Virus record (IMG/VR): IMGVR_UViG_3300020047_008563
Source of the DNA: a virus
Strand: one strand, 5' to 3'
Length of the DNA stretch: 35,231 bases
Shown one piece after another: positions 32,229 through 35,231 of the stretch. Every line of letters begins with the position of its first letter. Positions within the stretch are counted from its first letter, which is position 1. The translations under genes and the position numbers were made by a program. The notes beneath the pieces were generated by a model. The model was not told the origin of the DNA, did not search any database, and saw only the letters and a program-made list of their open reading frames with translations.

Positions 32229-32891
32229 TTACCTCACGCTCACACGGGTTACTTGTTGGAATACAATTCCAGGCACATCTTGACGCTCACTTTTAAACGT
32301 CTTCACAAGGGCATTGAGCTTTTTCTCATCAACGCACAGATACTCAAGGGGCACTTTTGACTTATCTGCAACAGCCCACTCCCAAACCAAAGACTGAGCA
32401 ATCATTGTGTCGGATGTGCGTATCGTTTGGCGTAACGAGTTTGGATCATAGTTTTGTAATGAATTAACCTGAGCCTTTGCCAATGCGGCAATAGGAGACT
32501 CTTCGCCGGAAATGAACGCCTGCTTATCAAGTTCGGCCTGTTTTGCCTTAGCCTCCGCCAACATCTCTTGACGTTTTTCTTCAGCCTTTCTGATTTCCTC
32601 TTGGCGCTTAGAATCCATGTAAGCACCCAGGTTTTTCCTTAAGGTCGCTTCAACTTCGGTAAAAGGACGCAGCGCATCTCTGCATTTTGCCTCAAAATCA
32701 GCTAAAATGCGTTTCTGGGGTCGGATAAATTCATCACGAAACCCATCCATCTGCTTTTTTCTGAGGTTTATTTCACCCAAACGGTCTGTTGCAACCTGAG
32801 CTTCAAAATCGTTCGTTATAGGCGATTTTATCCACTCGGTTAGGTTTTGGGTGTTTTTAAGTTCTTGGGGTAAGTTCGGTAGTGTTTCCAT
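32229..32891 (-). CDS. Coiled-coil protein (220 aa), first gene of the recombination block
   Basis: GAAGGA SD; long charged helical centre (RQEEIRKAEEKRQEMLAEAKAKQAELDKQ); Gp157/DUF1351-like only by impression. Confidence 0.5.
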   Translation of the reverse strand: METLPNLPQELKNTQNLTEWIKSPITNDFEAQVATDRLGEINLRKKQMDGFRDEFIRPQKRILADFEAKCRDALRPFTEVEATLRKNLGAYMDSKRQEEIRKAEEKRQEMLAEAKAKQAELDKQAFISGEESPIAALAKAQVNSLQNYDPNSLRQTIRTSDTMIAQSLVWEWAVADKSKVPLEYLCVDEKKLNALVKTFKSERQDVPGIVFQQVTRVSVR

Positions 32892-32903
32892 AGTTCCTTC
32901 TGT

Positions 32904-32931
32904 ACATTACAATACAACATATTAACTACAA
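32904..32931 (-). promoter_or_regulatory. Sigma70-like promoter candidate PC (TTGTAG-16-TAATGT) containing a TGTA-pentamer array
   Basis: Minus strand: TTGTAG ttaatatgttgtattg TAATGT acagaaggaact ATG; overlaps the stop of 32922-33194. Confidence 0.5.
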
Positions 32932-33194
32932 GTTATTCGATTAAAAAATACTTGGCGCGCTTCTTTGGCCAGTCGGGTCAGGTGAGCACTTCGATCAATT
33001 TCAGACATATTAGAAACAAACTCAGAACTTAGATAAGCCGCCGTTTCATCGTTAGTGACTAACCTTTGTCTCATACTGTGATCTCGTTGGAGTTCAAAAC
33101 AGAACGTCACGCCGTTTTTATGTTTGGCGGTTGAGTCCTCAGGATCGACGACCCAGTTTCGTTGCCAAGCGTAGTTTTTGCTTTTTGGGCTCAT
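32922..33194 (-). CDS. Hypothetical protein (90 aa)
   Basis: ATG in ATGA overlap with the 33191-33346 ORF. Confidence 0.55.
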   Translation of the reverse strand: MSPKSKNYAWQRNWVVDPEDSTAKHKNGVTFCFELQRDHSMRQRLVTNDETAAYLSSEFVSNMSEIDRSAHLTRLAKEARQVFFNRITCS

Positions 33195-33346
33195 GAAATC
33201 ACCGCATAAATTTCTTGAGATTCTTCATGTTTCTGTATGTGAACCAAATTAACTTCCTTGCTTTCAAAAACAGAGCATTGAAAAATAACTGTAGCGTCTT
33301 GATCTTTCAGTAAGCTCAATTCCTCTATCAGTTCTTTGACGGTCAT
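33191..33346 (-). CDS. Small hypothetical protein (51 aa), below the track cut-off
   Basis: Manual translation MTVKELIEELSLLKDQDATVIFQCSVFESKEVNLVHIQKHEESQEIYAVIS; ATGA overlaps at both ends. Confidence 0.5.
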   Translation of the reverse strand: MTVKELIEELSLLKDQDATVIFQCSVFESKEVNLVHIQKHEESQEIYAVIS

Positions 33347-33534
33347 TCTTTCCCCTTAAACAAGTGCCCATTGGCTTCAAGATCCTCTTCCCATATTCGT
33401 ATATTACCAACATACGGATAAGACGGATCTGTTTCGTTCACCCACATTTTAAAAATTACCGTGTGAACTTTACCAGGCTTAAGCTCCAGCTCTTTTGCAA
33501 ACTGTCTTAGCAATTCACCATTTGGAAAATTCAT
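33343..33534 (-). CDS. Hypothetical protein (63 aa)
   Basis: ATG at 33534 preceded by GAGGAAGAATAAA; the track start lies further upstream. Confidence 0.55.
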   Translation of the reverse strand: MNFPNGELLRQFAKELELKPGKVHTVIFKMWVNETDPSYPYVGNIRIWEEDLEANGHLFKGKE

Positions 33535-33535
33535 T

Positions 33536-33706
33536 TTATTCTTCCTCCACATCTTTGTTTTCTAAAACATCTAAAGCAATTCTACGATTGCGGCGCTCTT
33601 CGTATCTTTCAAAGAACGCTTTGTTTTTGGCGATCTGTAGATTTAATCGAACCATCTCATCTCGCCATTCTTCGTCACTGATTGTTTTTTTTGGGTCTTT
33701 TGCCAT
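33536..33706 (-). CDS. Small charged protein (56 aa)
   Basis: ATG at 33706 preceded by GGAGGAAATCAA. Confidence 0.55.
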   Translation of the reverse strand: MAKDPKKTISDEEWRDEMVRLNLQIAKNKAFFERYEERRNRRIALDVLENKDVEEE

Positions 33707-33717
33707 TTGATTTCCTC

Positions 33718-33918
33718 CTAGTCGCACGTGTCAGATGCTAAGAACGTTACAGTTTTTTCCGTCTCTTCAATGATGGTCGCGCCATATCCGTAGCTTAATG
33801 AACCCCATTCGTAAGAATTCAACCATGCTTTTTTCTCTTCTTCATTTTCAAAGAAACGAGTTCGAGGCTTACGTTTGAGTTGCTGCGAAAGGACGTGGTT
33901 TTCTGGGTAAGCTTTCAT
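33718..33918 (-). CDS. Hypothetical protein (66 aa)
   Basis: ATG at 33918 preceded by GGAGGTGCACG, ATGA overlap with the 33915-34046 ORF; the track N-terminal extension is rejected. Confidence 0.55.
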   Translation of the reverse strand: MKAYPENHVLSQQLKRKPRTRFFENEEEKKAWLNSYEWGSLSYGYGATIIEETEKTVTFLASDTCD

Positions 33919-34046
33919 CGTGCACCTCCAAGACCAAGAGCAAAAACAAACGCCATGTATCCACCTACGCAAGTCAAAAGCGTAAGCGCACACACGATAT
34001 ATTCAGTTATTGGGGTTTTTTGGGTTGTGTAATGATTGTGTTTCAT
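33915..34046 (-). CDS. Tiny TM protein (43 aa), below the track cut-off
   Basis: Manual translation MKHNHYTTQKTPITEYIVCALTLLTCVGGYMAFVFALGLGGAR; GGAG 7 nt upstream. Confidence 0.45.
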   Translation of the reverse strand: MKHNHYTTQKTPITEYIVCALTLLTCVGGYMAFVFALGLGGAR

Positions 34047-34105
34047 AGTGTTCTCCACTGCCCTCTTTCCTCAGGCGTCGGTTGAGTCTTGATTGACTCG
34101 ATAAG

Positions 34106-34137
34106 TACATTACAACACATGTGATTATGTATTGCAA
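34106..34137 (-). promoter_or_regulatory. TGTA-pentamer array PD with possible TTGCAA -35 element
   Basis: Minus strand: TTGCAA tacataatcac ATGTG TTGTA ATGTA c; shares the exact 11-mer TTGTAATGTAC with PC; about 60-nt leader to the 34046 ATG. Confidence 0.4.
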
Positions 34138-34165
34138 GCTTTTATTTAAAAAAAGATCAAGGTAC

Positions 34166-34717
34166 TTATTTCATCGCTTTTGGTGAGATAAGTGCTTTTT
34201 GAACTGTTGCATTTTTTGCAAGAGTTGAGTCGGATTCTTTTAATGCTTTACGTTTGGCCAATATTTGTTTCCTTCGCAGTTTTGCATATTTTGCGACTTT
34301 ATTTTTATTGCTGTGTTTATACGCCAAAGTTCTAATGTTATTACAAAGGCGGCAAAATGTGGCGTTCTTGCTAATTATTATGTTTTTTTCAACCCATTCG
34401 TGACCATGGCGGCAATGGGTTCTTGGTGGTGAGATGGCGTGTTTAAATGCCCATGCGCGTGCAATGTTAACTGAGCGTGTAACTGTTTCTAAATGAGAGG
34501 GATTTACGCAGTCGCGTACTCGACATAAATGGTCTAACTCTAAACCGTTTGGAATTTTACCTTTGTAATGTTCATAAAAAATTCTATGAGCTGCCTTTTT
34601 TTTATAATCTTTCCCTGGCGCTACTCGCGCATAACCATCTCTACATAGACTTGAAGCCCATCTCATACATCCATTGAAATCTGTAATATAGTTTTGAAGT
34701 ATTTCTTTTAATTCCAT
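34166..34717 (-). CDS. HNH homing-type endonuclease (183 aa) with C-terminal zinc-finger-like region
   Basis: CMRW...DGYARV...AHRIFYEHYKGKIPNGLELDHLCRVRDCVNPSHLETVTRSVN is the classic HNH_3 pattern; then HCRHGHEW...CRLCNN. Confidence 0.85.
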   Translation of the reverse strand: MELKEILQNYITDFNGCMRWASSLCRDGYARVAPGKDYKKKAAHRIFYEHYKGKIPNGLELDHLCRVRDCVNPSHLETVTRSVNIARAWAFKHAISPPRTHCRHGHEWVEKNIIISKNATFCRLCNNIRTLAYKHSNKNKVAKYAKLRRKQILAKRKALKESDSTLAKNATVQKALISPKAMK

Positions 34718-34723
34718 TTTGTA

Positions 34724-34751
34724 ACTATACTGCGCCGTGACTTGGTGTCAA
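34724..34751 (-). promoter_or_regulatory. Near-consensus sigma70 promoter P1 (TTGACA-16-TATAGT)
   Basis: Minus strand: TTGACA ccaagtcacggcgcag TATAGT tacaaa ATG(HNH); no SD between the -10 and the start codon. Confidence 0.6.
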
Positions 34752-34785
34752 AAATTAACCTAGTCACAGTGTATTATTTTATTTT

Positions 34786-34812
34786 CAACTGGTTACTGAA
34801 TTTAACCGGTTG
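34786..34812. promoter_or_regulatory. Imperfect 9-bp inverted repeat in the non-coding control region
   Basis: CAACTGGTT actgaattt AACCGGTTG (8/9 complementary). Confidence 0.35.
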
Positions 34813-35110
34813 AGCGACTTCTAAAAAAAAGGATTTGCTGAGGTGGTTGCTATGAGATGGCTCCGCCTAGTGGTTTTTTTCTTCCGTTCACCCGTAAAGG
34901 GATTCACTACATAAAAAAACGTTTAAATCTGGGGGGATAAAAAAAAAGGACCCAATTTCTTGAGTCCCTTCGGCTTTCGCCTTAAACTTTCTTTTGCACA
35001 GGAAAGTTGTATGATCGAGTTGAAAAAATCCTACCACATCTCACTTGATCCACAACATTTTTCTTCTGCCAGTTATGTTTTTGAGAACTTTCACTGTGAA
35101 AAGATACTCA

Positions 35111-35231
35111 ATAGGCTTAAACGCTTCACATTCAAGGCCGTGAGGAACGGTAGCACGCCACGTAGTTGAGCGCAATACGTGAAATCTTGAGTGGGGCGGC
35201 CAAAAAATAAGTCGTTTCGACGGTTTTGTGA
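35111..35231. repeat. Terminal direct repeat, right copy (identical to 1-121)
   Basis: Same 121 nt as positions 1-121. Confidence 0.95.

Noticed and set aside
34960-35169. Plus-strand ORF (possible 52-aa version from the ATG at 35011 after AGGAAAG) running into the terminal repeat
   Set aside because: No convincing promoter and no recognisable fold or motif. It could be a small divergent gene, but the evidence is a single weak SD. Left unannotated.
1-35231. Searched by eye for tRNA genes, CRISPR repeats, integrase/att sites, a CI/Cro switch and transposase/IS ends
   Set aside because: Coding density leaves no room for tRNAs outside the control region, which shows no cloverleaf-like sequence. 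No regularly spaced repeats are present. No tyrosine or serine recombinase motifs were recognised among the ORFs.

Overview
The window is a complete, densely coding tailed-phage genome with a 35,110 bp unit length. It is bounded by an exact 121-bp direct repeat (1-121 = 35111-35231), which is either a circularly closed assembly or true direct terminal repeats. About 60 credible genes all lie on the minus strand, read from 34717 down to 265, with pervasive ATGA/TAATG start-stop coupling and AGGAG-type Shine-Dalgarno sites. In the direction of transcription the order is as follows. (1) A ~657-bp non-coding control region. (2) An HNH endonuclease and tiny early genes. (3) A recombination module: coiled-coil protein, RecT/Erf-like annealase, a run of tiny membrane proteins, and RusA. 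(4) An RHH regulator leading a ~25.6 kb late block. This holds a small-terminase candidate, GNAT acetyltransferase, TerL, portal, scaffold and major capsid. It continues with an adaptor, a fibre-like protein, a mini HExxH protein, a 986-aa nozzle-like protein and three large internal/ejection proteins, then a 954-aa Big_2/LamG tail fibre. It ends with a lysis cassette containing overlapped i-/o-spanins, which implies a Gram-negative host. (5) A separately promoted cluster of 14 small, often Cys-rich genes. The structural gene order is T7/podovirus-like. I could not recognise an RNA polymerase, DNA polymerase, primase/helicase, integrase, CI-type repressor, tRNA or CRISPR array. The most interesting non-obvious signal is a shared TGTA-pentamer array (core TTGTAATGTAC). 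It sits in four intergenic promoter-like sites that head the early, recombination, late and accessory blocks. In addition, three start codons lie exactly 6 nt after a -10-like hexamer, a leaderless-mRNA geometry. All functional calls rest on motifs read by eye and on gene position; no database search was possible.
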